64,000 nucleotides of DNA from assembly GCA_963825175.1 (NCBI GenBank), contig CAWGSA010000002.1, positions 2,339,044 to 2,403,043 on the forward strand, given 5' to 3'. Position 1 is the first letter of the stretch. Every line of letters starts with the position of its first letter. Below the pieces are notes generated by a model, which searched no databases, had not been told where the DNA came from, and was given only the letters and a program-made list of their open reading frames with translations. Position numbers and translations under genes: made by a program. Positions 21,798 to 32,825 of the stretch are shown in pieces. Source of the stretch: an uncultured Acidobacteriota bacterium (GTDB lineage: Bacteria; Acidobacteriota; Thermoanaerobaculia; UBA5066; Gp7-AA6).

Positions 21798-22862
21798 GTG
21801 AGCACGGATCTCCGGCATCAGCATCGCTCGGCTTCCTCGCTCCTGGTGCTCCTCGTCGCCCTTGGTCTCACGCCGGGCGTGGCCCGGGCCGGTGTCGGGC
21901 AGTGGACCAATCGCGGACTCCCTGGCCTCGCGGTCCAGGCCGTCGTGGCCGATCCCGTCGACGCCTCGACCGTTTACGCGTCGGCACGGGAAGGCACATA
22001 CAAGAGCACCGACGGTGGCGAGACCTGGACACGGATTGCGGGTCCCTCCGAGGCCCTCATCGTCGACCCGAAGCAGTCGTCCACGCTCTATGCGGGCGGA
22101 CCGGGACTCAGCAAGAGTCTCGACGGGGGACAGACCTGGTCTCCGGCGCAGACCGGCCTCTCGTGTCTCTTTGTGACGGCGCTGGCGATCGATCCGTCGA
22201 ATCCCGCCATCCTTCTCGCCGGCACCGCCGATCTCGATCACGAACCGAGCCAGTGCGGCGGCCTTTTTCGGAGCCAGGACTTCGGCTCGACCTGGAGCGA
22301 GATACTGCCGGCGCCCATCGCCCACGGAGGTCTCGCATTCAACCCGAGAGTCTCAGCGGAGATTTTCGCCATCCGGTTCGATGAGCTTGGTAACTCCATG
22401 AGCCGGAGCGAGGACGGGGGCTCAGACTGGATATTCTCTTCGACCGGGCTGCCCTATCCCCTGGGCGTCCTTCCGCACCCCGCCGCCGAGAAAGAAGTCT
22501 TCGCCGCCGGGATCGACGGCGTTTACGTGAGCGACGACAAAGGAGAGACGTGGGGAAGGTCCGGCCTGGACGGCGTCATCGTCACGGTGCTCTTGATCGA
22601 TCCCGAAAACCCCGATCGCCTACTTGTAGGAACCCTGGCTCGGGGGATCTCCACGAGCTACGACCACGGCCTGTCCTGGAGCTCCCTGAACGCGGGCCTG
22701 ACCGACCTTTCCGTCAGCGCGATGGCCATCGACGCGTCGGGCACGCGGATCTTCGCCGGAACGAATGGCGGCGGAGTCTTCGATCTCGAGTTCGTGGCCC
22801 GCTCGAAAGTGCCGGCGCTCCCGAACCGGCCTGGCGCTCGACCTGTCGGCCCGAGACCCTAG
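21798..22862 (+). CDS. Secreted BNR/Asp-box beta-propeller protein
   Basis: Signal peptide; repeated S-x-D-G-G-x-T-W boxes. Confidence 0.8.
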   Translation: MSTDLRHQHRSASSLLVLLVALGLTPGVARAGVGQWTNRGLPGLAVQAVVADPVDASTVYASAREGTYKSTDGGETWTRIAGPSEALIVDPKQSSTLYAGGPGLSKSLDGGQTWSPAQTGLSCLFVTALAIDPSNPAILLAGTADLDHEPSQCGGLFRSQDFGSTWSEILPAPIAHGGLAFNPRVSAEIFAIRFDELGNSMSRSEDGGSDWIFSSTGLPYPLGVLPHPAAEKEVFAAGIDGVYVSDDKGETWGRSGLDGVIVTVLLIDPENPDRLLVGTLARGISTSYDHGLSWSSLNAGLTDLSVSAMAIDASGTRIFAGTNGGGVFDLEFVARSKVPALPNRPGARPVGPRP

Positions 22863-23026
22863 GCCTGCTTCAGACCGACTTCTCGCGCGTCTCTCTCCGT
22901 CGGTGCCGGCCTCTCCATGCACCCGTGCTGGCACGGACTGGAGAGCGGTTTCCCATCCTGATCGCCGAATCATGGGAACATGAGCGCTCGCATCTGCGTA
23001 TCTGTCCCCCAAGGGAGGTACTGCGT

Positions 23027-23629
23027 ATGCTCCGTCCCGCTCTCCTTGTGGCTTGCGCCGCTTTGCTGGCGCCGGTCTGCGCGGCACAAACCAGGCTCGA
23101 GGCCACGAACATCGTCGATCATCCCTTCTCGGCGGATTTCGCCGCCGGCGGCAAATTGCGGCTCTCCGTCCGCTCCGGCGAGGTCCATGTGATCGGCGTC
23201 GCCGAGGACAAGCTCTCCGTCGAGCTCTCGGGTCGAAAGGCTTCCGAAGCCCGGAAATTGAGCGTTCGCCTGGAGCAAAAGGCCGGAGAGGCGCACCTGC
23301 GGATCTCGGGCGGCCCGCGCAACGATCTTGTCATCACCGTGCGCATACCAAGGAACACCGACCTCTACGCCCGGATCCCATTCGGTGAGGTCCACGTCGA
23401 GAACATCACCGGCAACAAGGACGTGTCCCTCCATGCCGGCGAACTGACGGTTTCCCTGGGGAATTCGGCCGACTACGCGCGGGTGGACGCTTCGGTGATC
23501 ACCGGCGAGGTCGACGCGGACGCGTTCGGCGAGACGCACGGCGGCCTCTTCCGATCCTTTCACAAGGACGGAGCCGGCAGATACCGTCTGTACGCTCACG
23601 TCGGCGCGGGTCAGCTCACCTTGCAGTAG
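23027..23629 (+). CDS. Secreted DUF4097/adhesin-like beta-strand protein
   Basis: GGGAGG RBS, ATG 23027, signal peptide, repeating GEV/GEL beta motifs. Confidence 0.65.
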   Translation: MLRPALLVACAALLAPVCAAQTRLEATNIVDHPFSADFAAGGKLRLSVRSGEVHVIGVAEDKLSVELSGRKASEARKLSVRLEQKAGEAHLRISGGPRNDLVITVRIPRNTDLYARIPFGEVHVENITGNKDVSLHAGELTVSLGNSADYARVDASVITGEVDADAFGETHGGLFRSFHKDGAGRYRLYAHVGAGQLTLQ

Positions 23630-24245
23630 ACGGGGCGACCGCCGGCACGACGATGATGTAGGCGTCGGGCTTGCCGGCCCGAATCAGATGCGGCATGCCC
23701 GGACCGCCTGGCGGCGAGCCAATGTCCTTGTCCGTTGCATAGGGCGCGTAGAACATCAGATGGGCGGGGCCGTGGACCATCTTGTTGGCCTGCGAGATCC
23801 AGAGGTAGATGTGCGGCGACAGCATGTAGACGATCCCGGGCTTTCGCGGAGCGAGGAATGTCCCCGACCGATAGCGCGCGTCGACTTCGGCGTTGATCTT
23901 GTCCTCGGCAACGCCCCTGGCCCGTTCCTCTTCGACGAAGAGCCGGGTGGGAAGCGTGGTGGCTGTTCCCTCCGCGTCGAAACACGTGGGCTCCATGTTG
24001 AGCGGGGTCTGCCGATCCACGAAACAGGAGAACCCATTCGTCCCGTCGCGGACCTTCATGTAACCGGTCTTTTCGAGAAGGTAGACGGTGGCCTTGCCGG
24101 AGATCTCGGCGGGCGCCGCGCTTTCCGCGAGCGCGATCCTATCGGCGCGGGGCAGCGCAAAGTCATAGGCCGGCTTTGGCTCGTCTGCAGAAGCGGCAGC
24201 GGCGCCAGTAAGGACGAGGAAAACGACACATGCCGACTTGTTCAT
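23616..24245 (-). CDS. Secreted hypothetical protein
   Basis: Signal peptide MNKSACVVFLVLTGAAAASA; ALAESAAP..GTNGFSC..PG..YMLS..HLMFYAP pattern. Confidence 0.7.
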   Translation of the reverse strand: MNKSACVVFLVLTGAAAASADEPKPAYDFALPRADRIALAESAAPAEISGKATVYLLEKTGYMKVRDGTNGFSCFVDRQTPLNMEPTCFDAEGTATTLPTRLFVEEERARGVAEDKINAEVDARYRSGTFLAPRKPGIVYMLSPHIYLWISQANKMVHGPAHLMFYAPYATDKDIGSPPGGPGMPHLIRAGKPDAYIIVVPAVAPSTAR

Positions 24246-24591
24246 GGGCTTTGCCTCGCGTCCGAATGGACGGCGCGAGACTAACTCGGGCCGGACGAAG
24301 TGCTCGTTCGCACCCGCCCACGAGCCTCTGGAACTCGAAAACACCGGCCGCGTCCGGCCCAGCCGGCGAACTCCAGTGCGCAGCGCGCATGCCGCCGAAG
24401 AATCGCATTCCCTTGCAGTCGCCCCTCGATGCTTTGGTCTGGATCCGACGGGCCCGACGATGGAGTCGACCGAGACGCGGCCGTACTGGTCTTCGAGAGA
24501 GCGCCAGGCTCGGGCGACAACGGAGAAAGGACAGCGCATCGCGACCTTCCCGTCTCCACCGATGATGTATCCTTCACGACTGCCGACACTT

Positions 24592-24667
24592 GGGCCGTTA
24601 GCTCAGTCGGTAGAGCATCGGCCTTTTAAGCCGGTGGTCGTGGGTTCGAGTCCCACACGGCCCACCA
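24592..24667 (+). tRNA. tRNA-Lys (anticodon TTT)
   Basis: GGGCCGT/ACGGCCC acceptor stem, AGCTCAGTCGGTAGAGC D arm, CTTTTAA anticodon loop, GGTTCGAGTCC T arm, encoded CCA; 76 nt. Confidence 0.97.
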
Positions 24668-24750
24668 TTTACCTCAGGAAAGAGGCCACGTGCGCTCGTT
24701 CCGTTGCCGGTTTTCGGGCTTCGGATCGGGGTGACTTCACTTTCGAGGCG

Positions 24751-25058
24751 CTAGGACTCTCGACGGAGAACGAGGAGAGCGCCCACGCTGCCCAGGAGAA
24801 TGGCAAGGACCGACTTCCCGGAAAGTTCGAGGGCGGGAATCGGTCCGGCGGTCGGTGGGGGCGTCGGTGTTGGGAGTAGCGCCGCCGTCGGTGTCGCAGT
24901 CGGAGTGGGAGTCGGGACGATCGGGATCTGGATCTTCCCGATCAGAGAGTATCTCCATTCCGTGAACCAGATGTTTCCATCCTGCGTCGAAGTGATCGCG
25001 AACGGCATGCTCGTCGGATAGGCAGGGGGGAGCGGGAAATGTGTGACCGCGCCGGAGT
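24751..25058 (-). pseudogene. 3' fragment of a Vgb-like beta-propeller protein with PT linker and IPTL-CTERM-like anchor
   Basis: ITSTQDGNIWFTE repeat, PTPTPTATPT linker, IPALELSG-TM-RR tail; no N-terminus. Confidence 0.65.
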
Positions 25059-25190
25059 TCGACCTCCCGAATTCCCAGTCCACCGGATTCGCGAGCGCGC
25101 CGGACGGGCGCCTATGGTTCACGATGGCCGGAGGGATCGGTCAGATCACCACGGCAGGAGTCATCACAAGAGCTTTGGCAACGGCCTCAC
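25055..25190 (+). pseudogene. Vgb-like repeat fragment in inverted orientation
   Basis: EFDLP..ASAPDGRLWFTMAGGIGQITTAGVIT is one Vgb-type blade. Confidence 0.55.
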
Positions 25191-25455
25191 TTTTCATGGC
25201 GCAATGCGTGGGAAAAGAGGCAAGGGGAAATCCATTCTCCAAGACATCCCAGCATGGACCGTCCCGACCGTGGGTACATCGGCGGTGGGACTTATCCGGG
25301 ATTTCGGATTGTGTACTCGAACCCTCGTTCTAACCTTCCGAGTGCCGCGAGAACGTGACGCTGACTCGACACCGGACAAACGATGACCGTACCCGCGTTC
25401 GTGCAAACAAACTGCGGCGATGCCGCAGCGTCGCGTCTTCGCTGATCGAAGATTG

Positions 25456-27072
25456 CTACGGTTGCCGCGCCCCTGTCGTGGCGGCAACGTCTCCTGCAGA
25501 AGCAGCCCGAGACGCCGCCTCGGCCGCTGCCTTCCGGTCCGCCCAGATCCTTGTCCAGCCGAGGCGCTCCGCCGTGGACAAGTTGACCGTGCCGTCCGTG
25601 TTGTACGTTCCGTTGGCAATCAGGCGCCGCTTGGCCTCCTCGGTCAAATACGACGGCATTCTCTGGTCCGCTGACTCGGGGACGAACTCGTAGCCTGTTT
25701 GCACGGGCTGGAAGTCCCTGAACGCCCGGCGCACTCCTTGGATCAGATAGTCGAACTCGACGTCGGACGACGACCTGACGACAATGTGATTCAAGTCTCG
25801 ACTCTCGACATAAGTCGAGGCCGGCCCTCCAATCGGAGTGACCTGCACGGTGAGGCCGCTCTCGTCGGTCACGGTCCGGAAATCCTCCGGCACGTCGATG
25901 ACCGCAATGTGGTCGACGAACCGCGCCGTGCCGCGAAAAGAGGTGTCCGCCGTCCTCCCTTCGATCGACGTGTACACGATCACCTTGCTCGCGTCGGATG
26001 GGTGGGGTTCGACGAAGTGCTTGGCGCCGGACGCCCCGAAGTCGCCCTGCGCGAAGACACCCCACGGCCCGGAAGTGGAACCGGCGCCCGTCCCGATCGC
26101 GCTTCCGAGAAAGCCCTTGGCGATGATGTCGCCGGAGGACAGCAGGTCGCCGGCGACGGCCACGTACTCCGAAAGGCCGGACACACCCACGTGTTGCAGG
26201 CTCACGCCGCGCACACCGGCCGAGAGAGGCAGGACGTTCGCATGCACCGGGCCGGTGCCATCCTGCCCGTAAACCCCGGCTATCTCCCCCGCGCTGCTGC
26301 TGGTCAGCCCCATGACACCATACGATCCTCCCGACGCGCCTTGGACTCCTACGTTCGGCCCCGAGCTCCCCCTCACTCCGACGCCGCCGCCGCCCGCCGT
26401 TCCATCGATCCCGTCGCCGCTGCCAATGTTTTGAACGGCGATCAGCGGAAAAGATGCATTGCCGATGAGAATGAACTGGTCTCCTGTGTTCGGGGCTGCC
26501 GTGAAGTACCCGTTGACGTCAATGGTGAAGTCGACCGAGCCGGCGCCCTGGTTGACCTGGACGGCGATCTTGCCCGATTGGTCATCCGGGAGCGGGACCA
26601 CGCCGGCGTTGGCCCTCTGCGTCTCCGACGGCGGATAGTTGATCCAGGCCGTCGTGGGAGGCGAGGCGGTGTCGACCTTGAAGACACCGTTGCCCGTCGC
26701 CCCGTTGATGTCGAAGACAGTGATGTTGACCGATACGGCACCAGCGCTGTTGGGGATCCCGCAGGGGGCGCCACTCAGTCTGACCAGTCTGGGAGTGTTG
26801 TTGGCAAGCGGCGCGGAGTTGCGCGAGTCGTGCTGGCGGCACGGAGCGATGGGAACGAACGGAAGAAGCTCATCGGTGACCTGCTCCTGCCCCAGAATGT
26901 TCAAAGCCCGCGCGTTTGCCCTTTTTGACGAGATGGAGTTCGCCGGGGCGGGCCAGTTGACGAGGGCGGGGCCGTCGGAGCGCGACGGTCGAGATTGTTC
27001 GGCCACCGCCAGTGCCGAGAACGTGAACAGAGCAACCAGAAGAACACCAGGTTTCCTCCCGAGAGGGTCCAT
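25456..27072 (-). CDS. Secreted tail-fibre-like protein, paralog 1 (PCR..DSR domain, Gly-rich repeats, conserved C-terminal domain)
   Basis: Signal peptide; PCRQHDSR domain; GVxG repeats; KHFVEPHP..EG..FRG..LTVQVTP C-terminal domain. Confidence 0.8.
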   Translation of the reverse strand: MDPLGRKPGVLLVALFTFSALAVAEQSRPSRSDGPALVNWPAPANSISSKRANARALNILGQEQVTDELLPFVPIAPCRQHDSRNSAPLANNTPRLVRLSGAPCGIPNSAGAVSVNITVFDINGATGNGVFKVDTASPPTTAWINYPPSETQRANAGVVPLPDDQSGKIAVQVNQGAGSVDFTIDVNGYFTAAPNTGDQFILIGNASFPLIAVQNIGSGDGIDGTAGGGGVGVRGSSGPNVGVQGASGGSYGVMGLTSSSAGEIAGVYGQDGTGPVHANVLPLSAGVRGVSLQHVGVSGLSEYVAVAGDLLSSGDIIAKGFLGSAIGTGAGSTSGPWGVFAQGDFGASGAKHFVEPHPSDASKVIVYTSIEGRTADTSFRGTARFVDHIAVIDVPEDFRTVTDESGLTVQVTPIGGPASTYVESRDLNHIVVRSSSDVEFDYLIQGVRRAFRDFQPVQTGYEFVPESADQRMPSYLTEEAKRRLIANGTYNTDGTVNLSTAERLGWTRIWADRKAAAEAASRAASAGDVAATTGARQP

Positions 27073-27393
27073 GGGAGATCCTCCTGTTCAAGAACTCAAC
27101 GCGACTCGAAAGAACTCTGAATGGATCGTTCGCCTTCTGCTTCTTCGGAGCGAAATCTCTGGCTCTCGTCCGAAGGTGTGCGTGACATTCCACAAATTGG
27201 CCGCCGAAGGCCGCTCCTTCCTTCTGCGTCCTGCCTTCTGCCGATGATATACCCGCGGCGAGCGACCGACGATCACGAGACTCGGTTCGCTTGTCCCGTC
27301 GGCCAGGGGGAACGCTACGTCGAGCGTCCCGTCATCGCCTCTCAGGACCGACGCGAGAGCCGTGCCGCACGAAACAGAAGAACGGCGACGGCG

Positions 27394-29918
27394 TCACTGA
27401 AAGTAGCCGTTGACGTCGATGACCATGTCCGCCGTACCGGAGCCCTGGCCGCAGTGGACGGCGATGTCGCCTGCGATTCCGAGGGGGATGATCGCGTTGT
27501 TCGCCCGAATCTTCCCAGCGTTGTAGTTGATCGTCGAGACGACCGGACGCGTGGTCCCTCCCGGGAAGAGCGTCAAGAACCCGGGCCCAGTCGTCGGGTT
27601 GACCGCCGCGACGTTCAACGACACTGCGATCGCGGTCGCCGGTATCCCGCACTGTCCGACAAAAGGAAACGTCCGATCCGCTCCCGCGATGAGCGACGGT
27701 CCGCCGTCGGAACCCGCGGGGTTGCGAGTGTCGACGACGCGGCAGGGTGTCAGCGTATAAAAGGCAGCCGGCCCTCGCGCGAGTGCCAGGTCGGGAGTCA
27801 AGCGCGCGAGGAAGACATCCGTGCCACCGCGGTTGACCGCCTGCGCCCCACCAGTCGTGCCGGGGAAATTCGTGGAGCTCGTGGACCCGGCTACATAAAC
27901 AACACCGGAGGTCGAGTGGATCGCCAGAGATAAGGCCTGATCATTGCCGCTGCCGCCCAGATACGTGGCCTGGGTCAAGGTCGTCAGGTCGGCGGTCAGA
28001 CGCGCGACGAAGGCGTCATTGCCGCCGTCAGCGTCCGCCTGCGCGCCGCCGCTCGTGCCGGGGAGATTCGTGGAGTTCGTGTACCCGGTCACATACACGT
28101 CGCCGGAGGTCGGGTGGATGGCCAGCCCCTGGGCGATATCGTTGCCGCTGCCGCCCAGATACGTGGACCGCGTCAAGCTCGTGAGATCGCCGGTCAAACG
28201 CGCGACGAAGGCGTCATCGGTCCCGCCGCCATAGACCGCCTGGGCGCCTCCGGCCGTGCCAGGGAAGTTCGTGGAGGAGGTAAACCCGGTCACATAGACG
28301 TCGCCGGAGGCCGGATGGATCGCCAGACTGAACGCGCGCTCGTCGCCGTTGCCTCCCAACAGCGTAGCCCTGTTCAGAGTCGTCAACTCGGCGCTCAAGC
28401 TCGCGACGAAGGCGTCGCTCGGACCACCTCCAAAGTTGGTGGAGGACGTGTACCCGGCCACGTAGACGTTGCCCGAGGTCGGGGAGATCGCCAGAGCGTA
28501 AGCCTGATCGTCGCCGGCGGTTCCCAGGTACGTGGCCTGGGTCAGCGTCTTCAAATCGAGGGTCAGCCGCGCGACGAAGGCGTCGAAGAAGCCGCCGGAA
28601 AAGCCCGACTCAAAGCCGCCGGCCGTGCCGGGAAGACTCTGGGAGTCCGTCCAGCCCGTTGCGTAAAGGCTGCCGGAGGAGATCGCCAGACCAAAGGCGA
28701 TCTCGTGGCCGCTGCCGCCCAGATAGGTGGCCTGCTTCAATGTTTTCAGATCGGCGGTCAGGCGCGCGACGAAGACGTCGCTCGAGCCCCCGCTGGCCGG
28801 CTGCGCCCCGCCGGCCGTGCCGGGAAAGGTCGTGGAGGTGGTCGTCCCGCCCGCGTAGACGTCACCCGAGGTCGCGTCGATTGCCAGAGCGTAGGCCAGT
28901 TCGGTGCCACTGCCGCCCAGATAGGTGGCCTGCTTCAATGTTTTCAGATCGGCGGTCAGGCGCGCGACGAAGACGTCACTCGAGCCCCGCTGGCCGGCTG
29001 CGCCCCGCCGGCCGTGCCAGGAAAATTCGTGGAGTAGCTCGAACCGGCCACATACACGTCGCCGGAGGTCGGGTGGATCGCCACTGTCTCGGCGCTATCG
29101 TCGCCGCTGCCCCCCAGATAAGTTGCTTGCAACAGCGGATCGATCACCAGGGGCAACTCGTGATCGTACGCACCGAGACGAAAGGTGTACGTGTCGCCGC
29201 GGACTGCGTAGGCCACCGTGACGGCGCGGCGCGCTCCGCCGTTCTGCTGATAGGCCTCCGGCCGGGTCAGGCTCACGTCGCCGTGACCCGTGGACGCGAT
29301 CAGCCCCCCAGCCCTGTCGGCTTTGAGCGACCGCGCGCCGGCCACGCGCATCCGGATCCGCGAAGGATCTCCACCTGGCTCGACCGTGAAGATCTTTTCC
29401 ACGTTCCTCCCGCGGGCGCGCAGCGACAAGCTTATCCGCGGCCAGACCTGCCCGAGCGACACCCTTTCGTAGGTCGCGATGCTCCTCTTCCATTCGGAGG
29501 GATCGTTGCCGAGAAAGCTACTGACCTCTGTCCGCGCCCGCTCCCGTGCGACAGGTCGGGCGCGGGTGTGGACCCCCCCGGGCGACTCCGTCAGGCTCCA
29601 GCCGGCAGAGGTTCTCGCTCCCGGTTGCCCCACGCTCTCTCGCTCCCGCGCCGCACGCTTGCCCGGCAAGGAGTAAACGATCCGGCCGTCGCATGTGACG
29701 AAGACCGTCCCGGCGAGAGTCGGCGCGTAGTAGGCCACCGCCGCGTCGGTCTGACCCGCGTTGGCGACGAAGGGCAGCGCGAGGTCGGCAAGTCGCTCCC
29801 GGATTCGCTCGGGTTCCCCGCCGAGGCCTTCGGGCCGCGCTTGCCCGGCGAGGCAGGCGGCAAAGCCGAGAAGGCACACGCACCCAACCGGGATCCGACC
29901 CGATCTCGAGGAGCTCAT
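27394..29918 (-). CDS. SBBP-repeat beta-propeller surface protein with C-terminal PCRVVDTR domain; one frameshift near 28985
   Basis: Track ORFs 28956..29918 and 27394..28938 join if C4 at 28985-28988 is C5, as in the repeat copy at 28787-28791. Motifs: FVANAGQ, LVIDP, ATYLGGSG repeats. Confidence 0.85.
28712..29020. repeat. Near-identical intragenic direct repeat (28712-~28825 and 28910-~29020)
   Basis: ctgccgcccagataggtggcctgcttcaatgttttcagatcggcggtcaggcgcgcgacgaagacgtc occurs twice, 198 bp apart. Confidence 0.85.
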
Positions 29919-29939
29919 GGGTGATCCCCCAACAGCTGG

Positions 29940-31785
29940 CTATCGCCGATCCCCATCGGCGGTCCTTTGAGCCTCGACTGCCGCCGCAGCCCTTGCCTGA
30001 GCCTCTCGATCTTCCCAGATCTTCGTCCAGCCGACCCGCTCGGCCGTTGTCATGTTCACCGTCCCATCCGCGTTGTACGTCCCGTTGGCGACCAGCCGGC
30101 GCTTCTGCTCGTCGCTGAAAGAGGCGGGAAGCTTCTGCCTGGGTGACTCCGGCATATAGCCGCCATCGACAATGACCTGCCAGTCCTTGAATGTCTGTCG
30201 AACACCATTGACCAGGTAGTGGAACTTCACGTCGTGTGAGGAGCGCACCACGATCTGGTTCAAGTCTTCGCTCACCACCGCCATCGTCGCAAGCTCCCCG
30301 AGGGGCGTGAGCTGCACTGTCAACCCCTCGGAGTCCGTCACGAGTCGGAAGCTCTCGGGAACCTGAATCACGGCCATTCCGTTGCGGGTCTCCTCGGTTC
30401 CCCGGAAGTAAGTCCCCGCCTCCGGTCCCTCCAGGGAGACATAGCGGATGACCTTGGTGGGATCAGTGGGATGGACTTTCACGAAGGATTTCGCGCCGGT
30501 CGCGCCAAGGGTCCCGATCGCAAAGACGCCCCAGGGACCGCCGGCGCAGCCGCCGGAGCTGCAGCCCAGAATGCCGCCGGCGACGAGAGTTCCGCTGCTG
30601 TCCACCCTCGTTCCAGCGACGCCTTCGAATCGAGACACCCCGAGGGTCCCGACGCCCGTCGTACTCTCCCCGCGGACGCCTGTCGGAGTGTAGCCCGTGC
30701 TGCCGAGGGGCGCGGGGGCGCCACTTGCATCCATGCCCCTGACGCCGGCCGAATCGAGCGCCGTGCTGGATTCATTTCCGATGACTCCGAACCCTATACC
30801 GGAAGTGCTCGTGGCAATGCCGTGAACGCCATACCCGCCGTCGCCGGAACCGGTGAAGTACCCTCCGCCGCCAATCCCACGTCCTGCCGCGCCCGTGCAA
30901 AGCGAGCCGGGCGGCCCCGACGCGCAGACGCCTTCCACACCGATGGTCTGACCATTGCCGTTGGCTTCCCCGTGAACTCCGGCCGCATTGAAGGTCGTCG
31001 AAAAGTTCAATCCAAAGACTCCGTAGGTGAGGCCTGCTCCGGCAATGCCGAAGACTCCGGCCGAGTTGCTTCCCGACGAATTCGTCACACCGTTGACCCC
31101 GGTGGAGCCGGCAACAGATGTCTCCTGGTTGACACCGACGAGCACTCCGCCACCCGCCTTGTCCCCTGAAACGCCGAAGATGTCTCCAACTGGCATGTCG
31201 GCGACGAGGCCGTTGTAGTAGTAGCCGTTGACGTCGACGGTGAAGTCGACGGAGCCGGCTCCCTGATTGACCTGGACGGCGATGTTGCCCGAGCCATCAG
31301 CGGCATCTGTCGAGACGATGCCGGCGTTGGCCCGCTGGGTCTCGGACGGCGGGTAGTTGATCCACGCGGTCGTCGGAGGCGCGACGATGCCGACCTTGAA
31401 AACGCCGTTGCCAGTCGCTCCCGTGATGTCGAACACCGTGATGTTGACCGAGATGGCGAAGGAACTGCTCGGGATCCCGCACGGCGCGCCGCTCAAGTGA
31501 CCGTTCGGGGAGTGTTATTGGCGAGCGGCGTGGAACTGCGCGAGTCGTACTGGCGGCACGGAGTCACCGGGAAGAAGGGAAGGGGCCTCCTCCAATCTCG
31601 CCGCTGTGAATGTTGAGGGCATGCGCCCCCGTAGATCGCAGAGGTGTGTAGGCTGCCGGCGCCCTCCAGTTGACGAGCGGCGGCCCCGAATTCGGGATGG
31701 ATGGCCGGGATTCCTGGCCCACGGCCACTGCCGCGATCGCAAAGAGGGAGACGAGAAGAGCCGGGAGTCTTCCGTGAGAAGCCAT
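29940..31785 (-). CDS. Tail-fibre-like paralog 2; two single-base frameshifts (near 31583 and 31495)
   Basis: Three consecutive frames read MASHGRLP..GGGP / LPFFPVTPCRQYDSR..RTVT / LSGAPCGIP, collinear with paralog 1. Confidence 0.8.
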
Positions 31786-32014
31786 GGTGTCCTCCTGGTT
31801 TCACGGCAGGAAAGGCCGTCGGCCGGGATTCTATGGCGCTCCGGGAAACCGCTCGAGGGCGATCTCGTGAACGGGTCACACCGCGATCACGGCGGCCTTC
31901 CAGGCCCCGGCGATCCCGCTCGTGTGTTCTCGTTCCGTTGCGAGCTCAGGGGTCAAGAACTGCCAGAATCGGCGGCTCTCGCCGAATCGCGGAATTCGCT
32001 TTCCTTCCTTCGAC

Positions 32015-32200
32015 TTATCGGGAACGGGCTTCGAGACGTTCCAGACGAGCCTTCAAGTCGTCGATCACCATTCGGTCCTTCTGGACCTCGTTTAAGAGCA
32101 TCGGGACGAGGAGCTCGTAGCGCACCGTCCGGGGACGCCCTTCCCCGTCGCATGCGACGAGGCTGGGGTAGACCTCGGCGACCTCCTCGGCGACCAGGTG
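32015..32200 (-). pseudogene. C-terminal fragment of a peptidase S74 intramolecular-chaperone/coiled-coil domain
   Basis: LVAEEVAEVYPSLV..GRPRTVRYELLVPMLLNEVQK..LKARLERLE; no upstream domain. Confidence 0.7.
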
Positions 32201-32825
32201 GCCGCCGCGCATTTGTCCGAGACTCGCGTGGAATCGCGGAGATCAGTTTCTTCCCGCGAGCGTCGGAGAAACTGTCTCGAGTCTCGTGTTGAGCCTCGCG
32301 CCGCCGGCCGATGGCCTGCCGGCTCGGCGGGCTCCGCAGCGTTCGGGTCGCCTGAGCCGCCGACGCCTTCACCGTTCTCAGTCTCGTTCAATACGGAGAG
32401 GCCTTGCCCTGGCCTGGCGTGGAAGTCGATCTCGCGGACGCGGTGAAAGAAGCATCTCTGGGACTAAGGTCATTTGCATCAAGACATTAGAAAGTGCGCA
32501 GCGATCGATTCGACGAGCCGATCGACAAATCCATCGACTCAGTCGCCGGGTCGGCGAGGTTCGCGTGAAGCGCCTTCCTCGCATTTGAGTCTCGCCCTTG
32601 ACTTCGAATCTTGACAGAATCAGCACAAAACATGAGCAACAATCCGCGAAGCTGGGACTCGATGTCGCTCCTCCGGATTCTGGCCCAGGACCGACACGGA
32701 GTTCCGTCGAGAGGAGGTTGGTGACCAAGAATCCATCATTCCCCGGAGACCCCGGTGATCCAGGAGCATCCAAGACACAGTTTCCAGCCATCGACCGTGA
32801 TTCTTCTTCGAAAGGAGTTGGGATT

